DNA of 64,000 nt from an uncultured Actinomycetota bacterium (GTDB lineage Bacteria > Actinomycetota > Actinomycetes > JAFAQI01), in the NCBI GenBank assembly GCA_963770565.1, contig CAVYQE010000011.1:256001-320000 (forward strand). The letters are read 5' to 3'. The notes beneath the pieces are model-generated. The model had not been told where the DNA came from, did not search any database, and saw nothing but the letters and a program-made list of their open reading frames with translations. Below are positions 51,782 through 61,353 of this stretch, one piece after another. The translations under genes and the position numbers were made by a program. Each line of letters begins with the position of its first letter. Position 1 is the stretch's first letter.

Positions 51782-52600
51782 TCAGGCGGTCCGGCGCGCG
51801 ACCCTGGAGTCTTCCTTTGTGAACACGCGAAGTTCCAGTGGCATGGCGGGATGGAAGTCGATTGGTCGAGCGAGGCGGGAGTCTGTCGCCATCCGGATGC
51901 CGTACAGGTTCGCGAAAACCAGCATGCGGCTCGTGTGCTCGTCCTGGTCGAGGATTTGGTAGGCGATGGAAGCAGAGACATTGTTCGGATCTGCCCGGCG
52001 AGCGATCGCGATGAATCCATCGCGAGGCTCGCCAAGTACAGCGGCACGCACGTGATTGAGCTTCGGGTCGTGCGCTCGCGTGGGATCGTCCCGCCACGCG
52101 CACTCAAGTGCCACCTTCAGAAGCGCACGCGAGATCTCGGATGCGTATCGGGGCGTGAGTCTGCGACCGCCGGTACCGGACCATTCGAGTCGTACTCGGC
52201 CATCTGGCAGCGTCTCAGTCTCTTGGATGATGCCCTGCGGACCGCCCGAGTCGAACCGGAGAGTCGGATCCTGGCCGCGAACTCCCGGAATGTGGGTCAT
52301 CGTGAAGCCGCTCATGCGGCTGACCGGGAGTCGTCCCGACTTGGAGGGGATGCCGAGCATCGTGCGCCTGAGGACAACCGCTGGGAAGTCGCAGAGCGCC
52401 GAATCGAGCTGTGACAGAACGGTGTTGTTGCACCGATCGCAAACGACGCCTGGAGGTAGGACGAGGTCCGTGTTGCCCAGCGACTCGGGGAAAACGTGTT
52501 CCCGGCTCAGAAATCCTCCGTCGTGCCCTCTGCAGAAGAGACACCGGCGCGAGCGGTTGCGCGCGCGACGTTGCGCACTTGAGGACCGGCTGCCGCTCAT
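51782..52600 (-). CDS. HNH endonuclease (HNH_5-like)
   Basis: CLFC...SREHVFPESLG...VCDRCNN. Confidence 0.85.
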   Translation of the reverse strand: MSGSRSSSAQRRARNRSRRCLFCRGHDGGFLSREHVFPESLGNTDLVLPPGVVCDRCNNTVLSQLDSALCDFPAVVLRRTMLGIPSKSGRLPVSRMSGFTMTHIPGVRGQDPTLRFDSGGPQGIIQETETLPDGRVRLEWSGTGGRRLTPRYASEISRALLKVALECAWRDDPTRAHDPKLNHVRAAVLGEPRDGFIAIARRADPNNVSASIAYQILDQDEHTSRMLVFANLYGIRMATDSRLARPIDFHPAMPLELRVFTKEDSRVARRTA

Positions 52601-52914
52601 TGATCAATCATCTCGTGAGTGCGCGCCCTCGGCTTGGATTTTCGGGGGCGCGCCCCGGCACCGCCGTAGCGTTGCCGGGCGGCTTGCCGGGTCACGCCGA
52701 GGGCTCGGGCGATCGTCGGCCAGCCGAAGCCCCTGACTGCGAGACGTTCGACCTCGGCGTCAATCTCTCGCTCGATGACCCTCCGTTGGTCGACGAGCCG
52801 GCGTAGCCGCGTCGTCGCCTCGTCCTCCGCCACTCGCTTCGGGTCCGGGCTGGTCCATCGCCGCATCACTTGCGAGCCGTGTTCACGGCTCCGGCGGCGC
52901 TGGCGTTTACCCAT
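52597..52914 (-). CDS. Small HTH DNA-binding protein
   Basis: G.GW..IARALGVTRQAARQRY; overlaps both int and the HNH gene. Confidence 0.75.
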   Translation of the reverse strand: MGKRQRRRSREHGSQVMRRWTSPDPKRVAEDEATTRLRRLVDQRRVIEREIDAEVERLAVRGFGWPTIARALGVTRQAARQRYGGAGARPRKSKPRARTHEMIDQ

Positions 52915-54049
52915 CGGCTGCCACCTGATCAGGTCGCGGCGGCAGGGGAGTGGGTGCGATGAGCTTGCTCATCGCCGCCGCGACGGCGAGGTCGCGGTCC
53001 TCGGTCGCGTGTTGATAGATCAGCGCGGCCCGTGAACTTGAGTGACCCATCCGATGCATGAGCTCGCGGGTTGTCGCGCCACTGACAGCCGCGAGGGTCG
53101 CGGCCAGGTGCCGGAGATCATGGAAGTGGTAGTCGGGCACGCCGGCTGCCCGGGTCGCTCGGCGCCACATCGTGTGGAAGTTGTTGCGGTCGAGTGAGAC
53201 TCCGGACGACTTGGTGAAGACCAGCGCGGTCGGGTCTGCGTCGACGTACGTCGAGAGGTGCGCTTCGATCTCTGGCCAAACATGCGGCGGGATCGCGACG
53301 GTCCGGCGACCGGCGGCGGACTTCGTCGGACCGATGTAGCGCTTGCCGCCCTTGAGCTGAATCATCGCTTCCTCCACGTGGATGACGCCGTGGAGCTGGT
53401 CGATCCGTTGACGCGAGAGCCCGGCTAGCTCACCCCATCGCAGCCCGGACCAGGCGGCCAGCAACACGAGCACCCGATATCGCGGCTCGATCGACTCGAC
53501 GATCAGGTCGACCTCGGCCAGTGACGGCGGTTTGCGTTCTGGTGTCCGCTCGACACCAGCGGCTCGAAGGCGGCAGGGGTTGCGCGGGATCAGGTCGTCC
53601 TCGGCCGCAGTCGCCAGGATCGCCTTGAGCAACCGATATGCCTTTGCCGCCGTCACCACGCCGACGCCGGTGTCTCGCAGCGAGGCGTTCCACGATCGCA
53701 CCGATGCCGAGGTGATCCGACCGAGGGTCGTCGAGCCGAACGTCGGGTAGATGTGCCGCCGCAGCAGGTACTCGTAGATCTCCGCCGTCCGCGGCTGAAG
53801 CTCGACGGGTCGCTCGACGAGCCACCGCGGTGCGTACTTGTCGAGCCGGATCTCACCCGCGTCCGGGTCGAGCCACGTCCCGCGCGCCAGGTCCGTCTCG
53901 ACTGTCGCCAGGTACCGCTCGGCCTCCGCCTCAGTCGCGAAGGTCGCCGGCGCCGAGCGCGACCGGCCGTCGCCGAGTGAATACCTCGCCTGGAACCGGC
54001 CGGACGGCAGCCGACGGATGCGGCCGAACCGGCGTCGCATCGCACTCAT
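52907..54049 (-). CDS. int: Tyrosine integrase (element 2)
   Basis: Arm-binding N-terminus RRFG.IRRLPSGRFQARY; GLRWGE, K, HDLRH, GH and Y catalytic residues. Confidence 0.96.
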   Translation of the reverse strand: MSAMRRRFGRIRRLPSGRFQARYSLGDGRSRSAPATFATEAEAERYLATVETDLARGTWLDPDAGEIRLDKYAPRWLVERPVELQPRTAEIYEYLLRRHIYPTFGSTTLGRITSASVRSWNASLRDTGVGVVTAAKAYRLLKAILATAAEDDLIPRNPCRLRAAGVERTPERKPPSLAEVDLIVESIEPRYRVLVLLAAWSGLRWGELAGLSRQRIDQLHGVIHVEEAMIQLKGGKRYIGPTKSAAGRRTVAIPPHVWPEIEAHLSTYVDADPTALVFTKSSGVSLDRNNFHTMWRRATRAAGVPDYHFHDLRHLAATLAAVSGATTRELMHRMGHSSSRAALIYQHATEDRDLAVAAAMSKLIAPTPLPPRPDQVAADG

Positions 54050-54070
54050 GGCGCAAAAGGTGGTCGTGTG

Positions 54071-54179
54071 GCGTCCCCATGAACGTCCCCACGAGCGTCA
54101 ACCCATGCCGTGGGGACGTTCATGGGGACGCTCGTGTGCCCTACAAAGACAGGGCACGAAGGGGCACGCGAGGGGCACG
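54071..54179. repeat. Right arm of element 2: perfect 23-bp inverted repeat plus 3x GGGCACG
   Basis: GCGTCCCCATGAACGTCCCCACG (54071-54093) / CGTGGGGACGTTCATGGGGACGC (54109-54131). Confidence 0.85.
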
Positions 54180-54238
54180 GCGTCTGCCGTCCGACAGATG
54201 GGCACAGGGTCAGCAACCGCCTGACCTGCGAATCCGCT

Positions 54239-54285
54239 TGGAGCGGGCGACCGGGATCGAACCGGCATGGCCAGCTTGGAAGGCT
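54239..54285 (-). repeat. att core copy 3: tRNA-Gly(TCC) 3' half, including CCA
   Basis: Minus strand AGCCTTCCAAGCTGGCCATGCCGGTTCGATCCCGGTCGCCCGCTCCA; no D-arm or acceptor 5' strand upstream. Confidence 0.9.
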
Positions 54286-54662
54286 CGGTTGGCGGCGCCG
54301 ACCGGGCCGGCGTTTGCCCAGGTCAGGGCCTAGTTTCGACGCAAGCGGTGATCGCTTAGGCGTCCGGTGGGCCACATCCGGGCCACAACTGCCGGCGCTT
54401 TCCGGTCATTGGTGGTCATCGCTAACCCGCTCTTCCGCTGCCCGGGTAGCTGGGTATGCCAGCAGCACGCTGCATCCTGGCTCGTCTGAGGTAGCTCCGT
54501 CTTCGTTGGTGTTGGCCTCCGTCGCGATCAGGGAGGGTACGTAGGCAACCTGGGGCGCCAAATGTCGCGAGACCTTTAGGCCGTTTCGGGCGCGAACGGC
54601 TGTCAACCTTGAGCTAGTTGGCCTGCAACCGGCAGGCTCGAAGGAAGGTCAAAGCTGTGGCC

Positions 54663-54878
54663 ATGAAGAGCCGCGAGATCTTGCTGCTCGGCGGCTACGA
54701 ATGCCCCCGAACAGTTACGGCCGGACCTGCGAGCGGCACCGCTCACACCGAATGGATCACCGTGAACGGAAAACTCTTGCAGGAGTCGTATAACCGCTCG
54801 GGCATCGCCGATGACGGCACGGAGGTTTTCACGTACTTCTCTCGCAGGCTGGGGGAACAGGCAGGACGTTGCGGCTAA
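54663..54878 (+). CDS. Small hypothetical protein
   Basis: ATG with GAAGGAAGG upstream; 71 aa. Confidence 0.4.
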   Translation: MKSREILLLGGYECPRTVTAGPASGTAHTEWITVNGKLLQESYNRSGIADDGTEVFTYFSRRLGEQAGRCG

Positions 54879-54939
54879 CAACAGGAACGCCAGATCATCA
54901 GTGCTGAAGATGCTGTTGCGTGGCCGGCCGGGGATCGAG

Positions 54940-56220
54940 TCAGCGAGCGTTTCGCCGAACCCGCGTGGCCGGGCTGGCGAGGTCGAAGAGCTGCCCTTGT
55001 CCTGGGCTCGTCGCTCGGGTGCCGGACTGTCTGCGAGCCGGCTCTTTGGCTTGCCGCTGTCGTGCTCGACCACTCGCTCGTTGCGGTCCGCGCGTCGTTG
55101 AGGCGCTAGCACTCTGAGCCTGCTCGACAAGACTCGAGAGGGCCTGGGCGATTGCGGCGTCTCGGTCACGGGTCGCGTGTTGGTAGCGAAGCGCTGCTTG
55201 GGGACTGGCGTGCCCCATCCGGACCATGAGTTCACGCAGGCTTGCCCCGGTCGCCGCCGCAAGGGTGTTGCCGGTGTGTCTGAGGTCGTGAAAGTGCAGA
55301 TGTGAGAGGCCGAGACCGCGGACGGCGGGATGCCAAACGTCGGTGGTGAAGTTGGACTTGCGGAGCACCCCGCCGTGAGGACCGACGAACACCAGACCGT
55401 CAGGGCCAGTCTGAGCAAAGCGGTCGAGGTGTGCGGTGATGTCCGGGATCACTGCCGCTGGGATCGTCACGGTGCGTCGCCCTGCTTCGGACTTCGGTGG
55501 CCCGATGTGGCGTTTGCTACCGACCAAGTCGGATGCTGATGCGCGGACCGTCACGGTTCCACTCTCGATGTCGATGTCTCGTCGGGTGAGTGCGGCGAGT
55601 TCGCCGATCCGAAGCGAGCAAAATGCGGCGAGCAGGACCAGTGCACGCCAGCGCTCACCGATCACACCCGCGATCGCGAGGACCTGGGGGAGCGTCGCGG
55701 TCGGGCGCTCCGGGCTGAACTCTTGCCCTGCGCCCGGAATCACGCATGGGTTGCGGGGAATCTCTTCGTCGTGCACGGCACTGCCACAGATGGTGTGCAG
55801 CAGCCGGTAGCACTTGGCGGTGGTGACTGCACCAGGGCCGTGGGACGAGGCGAGACGGGCATGCCACTCGCGGATCACGGCGGTGCTGAGTTGCCGAAGT
55901 TGCAGGCGGCCGAGCGACGGGAGGATGTGGCTGTCGAGTTGCTGCTGATACAGCTCGACCGTCCGTGGAGCGAGGGGCCGGCCTCGGACCTTCCGGGTCT
56001 TTAGCCACGTCGTGGCGTAGTCCCGAAGCAGGACACGCCCGGAGGCTGGGTCGAACCAATCTCCGCGGTCCAGGTCCGCACGGATGCCAGCGAGGAACCG
56101 GGCGGCGTCGGCGCGGGTGGCGAACATCCGCCCGTGCACCCGGCCGTTCGGGTCGCGGTACCGCGCCTGCCAGCGCCCGTTCTCACGGCGGCGGATGCTA
56201 CCGAAGTCGCGTCGAGCCAT
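54940..56220 (-). CDS. int: Tyrosine integrase (element 3)
   Basis: RRDFGSIRRR..GRWQARY; SLRIGE, K, HDLRH, GH, Y. Confidence 0.96.
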   Translation of the reverse strand: MARRDFGSIRRRENGRWQARYRDPNGRVHGRMFATRADAARFLAGIRADLDRGDWFDPASGRVLLRDYATTWLKTRKVRGRPLAPRTVELYQQQLDSHILPSLGRLQLRQLSTAVIREWHARLASSHGPGAVTTAKCYRLLHTICGSAVHDEEIPRNPCVIPGAGQEFSPERPTATLPQVLAIAGVIGERWRALVLLAAFCSLRIGELAALTRRDIDIESGTVTVRASASDLVGSKRHIGPPKSEAGRRTVTIPAAVIPDITAHLDRFAQTGPDGLVFVGPHGGVLRKSNFTTDVWHPAVRGLGLSHLHFHDLRHTGNTLAAATGASLRELMVRMGHASPQAALRYQHATRDRDAAIAQALSSLVEQAQSASASTTRGPQRASGRARQRQAKEPARRQSGTRATSPGQGQLFDLASPATRVRRNAR

Positions 56221-56261
56221 TGGTCCTCACAAGAGCTGGTGGTGTTCCAGCAGAGCGCGGA

Positions 56262-56462
56262 TCAGGTGCCGAAAGAGGCCCGCGGCGGAATCTGTGGACG
56301 AACCCGGCCAGCTTCGACGAACTCGTCGAGGTCGACCTCGTCGAGCCGGACGTGGGCGCCAAGCTTCACGTAAGGGATCCGCTTCTCGGCGATCAGCCGG
56401 CGGATGAACCGAGGCTTGGTGGCGAGCCGCTCGGCGGCTTCGTCGACGGTCAGCAAGGCCAT
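56262..56462 (-). CDS. xis: Excisionase-family HTH protein
   Basis: LLTVDEAAERL...IRRLI...IP.VKLG..VRL, directly upstream of int. Confidence 0.9.
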   Translation of the reverse strand: MALLTVDEAAERLATKPRFIRRLIAEKRIPYVKLGAHVRLDEVDLDEFVEAGRVRPQIPPRASFGT

Positions 56463-56589
56463 GGTGGGCTCCTCCCGGCGTTCCGGCGGGCACCGCCGGT
56501 GACGAATGTCGGTATTGGTCTAGGACCATACGCCGGATATCTGTCATGGCAAGTGGTCATATTGCTTGCGGCGGGTGTAGGTTGCCGGC

Positions 56590-57309
56590 GTGGCACGCAG
56601 CAGAAAGACCGGTACGGACCGCGGTGAACCGGCACGACCCTTCCTGGACGGGGTGAACCTCAACGAAATCGTCGCCTATAACTTTCGTCGCGCCCGCGAG
56701 TTGCGCGGGTTGACCCAGGACGAGGCGGCCGACCGGCTCGCGCCGTTCCTCGGGGTGCGGTTGAAGCAGGCCGCGGTCTCTGGGATCGAGGGGGCCTACG
56801 GCGGGGTGAAGCGCCGCGAGTTCGACGCCCAGGAGTTGCTCGCGTTCGCGTGCGGGTTCGACCTGCCGATCATCTGGTTCCTGATCCCACCACCGGGAGA
56901 CGACCGCAACCTGCAAGGGACGGTGGAACGCGTCAGCGAGCTGTATCTGCTGGCGATGGGCCGCAACGACCAGCTGGACTACCTGCGGGACCGGTTCGCC
57001 GAGCTCGGTCACGTCGAACCGGACGAGTCCGACCTGGTCCTCGAACGGGTCTACGGAGGACCCACCGAGCGGACGCTGCTGGACTATCCGACCCGGCGGA
57101 AGGAGCTGCTGCTGGCCATGCTGGACTCCCACGCCGACCGGCTCGACCACGCGGCCGAGGAGATGGGGAAGTTCTTCGACCATCTGCGTCAGGTCGGGAT
57201 CCGCGGCTACGTCGCCGAGAAGGCCAACGACCGCGACTTCATGTTCCCTCCGGCCAAGAAGACCGCGGCACGACCGAAGCGCGGCGAGGGTAGAGACGGC
57301 ACACTGTAG
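56590..57309 (+). CDS. XRE-family regulator, divergent from xis
   Basis: NFRRARELRGLTQDEAA...VSGIE. Confidence 0.8.
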   Translation: MARSRKTGTDRGEPARPFLDGVNLNEIVAYNFRRARELRGLTQDEAADRLAPFLGVRLKQAAVSGIEGAYGGVKRREFDAQELLAFACGFDLPIIWFLIPPPGDDRNLQGTVERVSELYLLAMGRNDQLDYLRDRFAELGHVEPDESDLVLERVYGGPTERTLLDYPTRRKELLLAMLDSHADRLDHAAEEMGKFFDHLRQVGIRGYVAEKANDRDFMFPPAKKTAARPKRGEGRDGTL

Positions 57310-57311
57310 AC

Positions 57312-57536
57312 ATGACCGCCGATCACGCCGCTCGAGCGACCCGGGGCGCGGACGGCATGATCCGGGTCGAGCTGCCGGACGGGCGCACCGTCACCATCCC
57401 GGCACGGCTGGATGCTGGCCAGCGGTGGGAGATCGAACGGCAGCGGGCACACGACAACGCCGCGCGGTCGGTAGCAGAACGGCTGGAGGAGCTGCGCCGG
57501 CAGACGACCCTGTTGCTCACGCTTCGCGCGTCCTAA
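57312..57536 (+). CDS. Small protein, putative antitoxin
   Basis: 74 aa; SVAERLEEL; TAATG coupling to the nucleotidyltransferase. Confidence 0.6.
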   Translation: MTADHAARATRGADGMIRVELPDGRTVTIPARLDAGQRWEIERQRAHDNAARSVAERLEELRRQTTLLLTLRAS

Positions 57537-58144
57537 TGGAGCCGATGCCGCTCGACGCCGCGGCGATACTTGCCGTCCTCGACGAGTACCAGGTCCGGTA
57601 TGTGATCATCGGTGGGGTCGCCGGGTTCCTGCAGGGTGACACCGCAGCAACCTTCGATCTTGACGTCGTCCCGGCCGCCACCGAGGACAACTTCGCGCGG
57701 CTCGCCGACGCACTCAACGCGATGCATGCCGGGCTGCGAGCGCCGGGGCTCGACGAGCCGGTCTCCTACCGCTTCGACGCCGCGACGTTCGCCTCCTACA
57801 CGACCCTGGCCACCCGCACCGAGCACGGCGACCTCGACATCGTGCTGCGCCCGGACGGGATTCCCGGTAGCTACGACGAACTCGCCACCCGCGCCCAGCC
57901 GATGCACGCCGGCCCGGTCACCGTCTATGTCGCCGACGTCGTGGACATCATCCGCTCCAAACGCGCCGCCGCGCGGATGACTGGCGAACCGAAATACACC
58001 TCCGACGCCGACCGGCTCGAACGGCTCCTCACCAACACCCCGACACCCGAGCGCCGCGACGCCCGCGATCTCGGAGCCCGGGAGGACGAGCGGTTCCGTC
58101 CCGACCCGCCGGGCCGGGATGGCGGCCGCGGGATCGACCGGTAG
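57536..58144 (+). CDS. Nucleotidyltransferase-fold protein (AbiEii/DUF6036-like)
   Basis: YVIIGGVA...T.DLDVV; DIIRSK.AA.R..K...D. Confidence 0.8.
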   Translation: MEPMPLDAAAILAVLDEYQVRYVIIGGVAGFLQGDTAATFDLDVVPAATEDNFARLADALNAMHAGLRAPGLDEPVSYRFDAATFASYTTLATRTEHGDLDIVLRPDGIPGSYDELATRAQPMHAGPVTVYVADVVDIIRSKRAAARMTGEPKYTSDADRLERLLTNTPTPERRDARDLGAREDERFRPDPPGRDGGRGIDR

Positions 58145-58348
58145 GCGGGTTCTCGGGACGCGACACGCCCGACCGCGGGCAAATTTCTCAACTCGTCCAC
58201 TCCAGGCCGACCGTCCTCACCGCCATCGTCCCTCGAAATCCCTTGACTACCAACATTTCCCGCCACGCCCACGCCACCTGATCGGCCCGCCTACCCCGCC
58301 CCACAATGCCGGCAGACATGTGCATTGGCAATGCATACGGTGTCGCTC
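58145..58348. other. Candidate oriT/promoter region
   Basis: Non-coding stretch upstream of the relaxase with short inverted repeats (GCCCG..CGGGC, TGCATTG-G-CAATGCA). Confidence 0.4.
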
Positions 58349-61102
58349 GTGTTGTCGACGTCGAAGGTCGGGACCGCGTCGTGGCGGTACTACTCGAACC
58401 AGGTGCAGCGCGGGGCGTGCGAGTACTACCTCGGCGTCGGTGAGGCGCCGGGTCGCTGGCAGGGCCGTGGCCTCGACGCGCTCGGGCTCGACCCGAAGGC
58501 GGTCGTGGCGGAGCGTGAGCTGGAGGCGCTGTTCGGCCGCGCCCTGCACCCCAAGTCCCGTCAACGGCTGGGCCAGGCGTGGCGCGCCGACGGGGTGACT
58601 GGCTACGACTTGTGTTTCTCGGCACCGAAGTCGGTCAGCGCCCTGTGGGCGATCGGCGAGGGCAGCGTCCCCGCCGAGGTGATGGCCGCGCACCGCACCG
58701 CCGTCCGCACCGCGCTGGACTACCTGGACAGCCACGCATCCTTCTCCCGGGTTGGCACCAACGGACACACCCAGGTGAGCACGGACGGGTTCGCCGCCGC
58801 AGTGTTCGGTCATCGGACGTCGCGGGCGGGGGACCCGCAGATCCACTCCCATGCGCTGGTGGTGAACAAGCTCCGCTGCGCCGACGGTGGCTGGCGCACG
58901 ATCGACGGGCATGAGATCTACGCGCACAAGAAGTCCGCCGGCACGGTGTATCAGGCCGTGTTGCGCAACGAGCTGACCCGCCGCCTGAACGTGTCATGGG
59001 CGGCGGTGTCGAAGGACGGGCAGGCCGAGATCGCCGGCATGCCGACGGAGCTGATCAAGGCCTGGTCGAAACGGGCGATACAGCTGACCGCGGAGGCCGC
59101 CCCGGTCATCGCCGCCTACGAGTCAGAGCTCGGGCGGTCGCTGTCCTCAGCGGAACGCACCGCCGTGTGCAAGGTCGCGGTGCTGAAGACGAGACCGGGG
59201 AAGGACTCGGTCGACATCGTGGCGCTCTCCGACCGGTGGCAGGCCGAGGCCGCCGAGTTGGGCTGGGACGGGCTGGGGGTGCAGCGCGAGATCGGGAGGG
59301 CTGGCCGGCCACCACAACCAACCGCTGCCCTGGTCGAACAGATGGACCGTGCCGTCGTCGAGGCGGTCCGCGCGGCCGGGGCACGGCGAGCGGTGTTCTC
59401 CCGCTCCGACCTGGCGGCCGAGGTCGCGACCCGGCTGCCGAGTGGCGGGTTCGACGCGAACCTGGCCCGGACCCTCATCGAGCAGCTCGCCGACCAAGCA
59501 CTGAGCACACCCGACGCGGTCACGCTGCGCCCGCAGATCGAGGGATGCCACCGCGGCTCCGACGCCCGCTACGCCTCCCGATCCACCTTGGATGCGGAGC
59601 TGCGGATCCTCGGGGTCGCCGATGTCGGCCGCGCTCGGGGTGTGGCAGTTCTTGACCCGCGAGAGGTCCGGACGATCGCGCGCCGCCGCGGGCTGGACAC
59701 CTCGCAGCGGGCCGCGCTCGTCCAGGTCGCCACGAGCGGGGATGTGGTCTCGGTGCTGGTCGCGCCGGCCGGGGCCGGGAAGACCACCGCGCTCGGCGCC
59801 GCGGTCTACGCGTGGCGCGCCGCCGGATACCGGATCGTCGCGCTCGCGCCGTCTGCCCGGGCCGCCGCCGAACTACGGGATGCGACGTTCGCCCCGGCCG
59901 ACACGGTCGCGAAGTTCCTGCACGAACACCACCAACCACCGAGCCCGTTCGTTCTCGAGACCGGTCGGTACCGGCTGCATCCGGGAACAGTGGTGATCGT
60001 CGACGAAGCCTCCATGCTCGCCACCACCGACCTCGACGCCTTGACCCACGCGACGTGGGAGGCGGGAGCGAAGCTGCTGCTGGTCGGTGACCCCGCGCAG
60101 ATCGGTGCCGTCGACGCGGCCGGCGGGATGCTCCCCGCCCTCGCCCAACGCCTGGACGCGCCGACGTTGGACACGGTGCACCGGTTCACTGCAGCGTGGG
60201 AACGCGACGCATCCCTACGACTCCGCCGCGGTGACCCGACCGTCATCGACGACTACATCGCGGCCGGTCGGGTCCACCACTGCCCCAATGACACCGCGGC
60301 GTATCAGGCCGTCCTCGACAGCTACCTCGACGCGAGCATGGCCGGGCGTCGGGTGTTGATGCTCGCCCGGACCCACCACGACGTCGACACCCTCAACACC
60401 CTCGTCCGCGCGCACGCGATCGACACCGGGCAGGTTCACGGGCCCGTACTCGTCGAAGGGCAGGTGGAGTGGCGGGCTGGGGACCGGCTCCGCGCCACCC
60501 GCAACAACCGCAGCATCACCGTCGGCGAGGACTACCTGCGCAACGGCGACCAGTTCATTGTCCTCGGCGCTGAACGCGGCGGACTTCTTGTCCAGACCCT
60601 CGACGGCGGCCGGGCCGCCACGCTGCCCGCCGACTATGTGATCGCGCACACCACGTACGGGTGGGCGTCGACCATCGACGCCGCGCAAGGCGCCACCGTC
60701 GATGACGCGGTCCTGCTTGCCCGACCCGGTATCGACCGCGAACACCTTTACGTCGGTCTCACCCGCGGGCGGAATGAGAATCACGTGGTCGTCGCCCAAC
60801 CCACCAGCGACAACGATCACCACGGCCTACCGAAAGCCGGGGTGCCGCGGGAGGCCAGAGCAATGCTTGCCGACGCGCTCAATGCCAGCGGCGTCCAGAA
60901 AGCCGCCCACACCCGGCTACCCGAGCACCTCCAAATCGAGCCGGGCACAAAGCCAGTACCAGCTCGGCCCATGGTCCGACGGCCCAGACCGGCACGAGCG
61001 CTGCTCCGACCGATCGAACGACCAGGGCTCAGGCGCGAACTCAAGGACCAATGCCACCCGCTCTCCCGCGACCACGGACGCGACATGGGGCGCGGCCGAT
61101 AA
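58349..61102 (+). CDS. MobF (TrwC-type) relaxase fused to an SF1 helicase
   Basis: YY...YY, DLCFSAPKSVS, HRTSRAGDPQIHSH; APAGAGKT, DEASM, GD..Q, AQGAT, YVGLTRGR. Confidence 0.95.
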   Translation: MLSTSKVGTASWRYYSNQVQRGACEYYLGVGEAPGRWQGRGLDALGLDPKAVVAERELEALFGRALHPKSRQRLGQAWRADGVTGYDLCFSAPKSVSALWAIGEGSVPAEVMAAHRTAVRTALDYLDSHASFSRVGTNGHTQVSTDGFAAAVFGHRTSRAGDPQIHSHALVVNKLRCADGGWRTIDGHEIYAHKKSAGTVYQAVLRNELTRRLNVSWAAVSKDGQAEIAGMPTELIKAWSKRAIQLTAEAAPVIAAYESELGRSLSSAERTAVCKVAVLKTRPGKDSVDIVALSDRWQAEAAELGWDGLGVQREIGRAGRPPQPTAALVEQMDRAVVEAVRAAGARRAVFSRSDLAAEVATRLPSGGFDANLARTLIEQLADQALSTPDAVTLRPQIEGCHRGSDARYASRSTLDAELRILGVADVGRARGVAVLDPREVRTIARRRGLDTSQRAALVQVATSGDVVSVLVAPAGAGKTTALGAAVYAWRAAGYRIVALAPSARAAAELRDATFAPADTVAKFLHEHHQPPSPFVLETGRYRLHPGTVVIVDEASMLATTDLDALTHATWEAGAKLLLVGDPAQIGAVDAAGGMLPALAQRLDAPTLDTVHRFTAAWERDASLRLRRGDPTVIDDYIAAGRVHHCPNDTAAYQAVLDSYLDASMAGRRVLMLARTHHDVDTLNTLVRAHAIDTGQVHGPVLVEGQVEWRAGDRLRATRNNRSITVGEDYLRNGDQFIVLGAERGGLLVQTLDGGRAATLPADYVIAHTTYGWASTIDAAQGATVDDAVLLARPGIDREHLYVGLTRGRNENHVVVAQPTSDNDHHGLPKAGVPREARAMLADALNASGVQKAAHTRLPEHLQIEPGTKPVPARPMVRRPRPARALLRPIERPGLRRELKDQCHPLSRDHGRDMGRGR

Positions 61103-61353
61103 CGATGAGGTATCTGACGATCAGCGACCCACACGAATCATGCCGCGGAGCCAGCAGGACTCATCCTGTGAGACCGTCACAATCCGATGCGCGACCAGGT
61201 TCACAGGTAGTGCGAGCCAAGGCCGCTAGCAACCGCGGTCCGACTGTGCCACTCAAACACCAGGCTAGCCAGGGCTGTCACCAGTGTCGGCCGGACGAAG
61301 CCTATTCGCGATGCTGCTCGGAGCAATGTCGTCGACACGAACGTGATTCGCTT

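Larger units (their letters stand above)
48407..54285. mobile_element. Element 2: 5.8-kb tyrosine-integrase island
   Basis: 42-bp direct repeats at both ends, integrase at the right end, shared GGGGACG arm repeats at both ends, visibly lower GC. Confidence 0.9.

Noticed and set aside
54239-54312. Intact tRNA-Gly gene
   Set aside because: Only the anticodon loop, T-arm and 3' acceptor strand are present; the upstream sequence cannot form the D-arm or acceptor stem. The same holds for the other two copies.
52907-61102. Prophage
   Set aside because: There are no structural, terminase or lysis genes; the relaxase indicates a mobilisable element.
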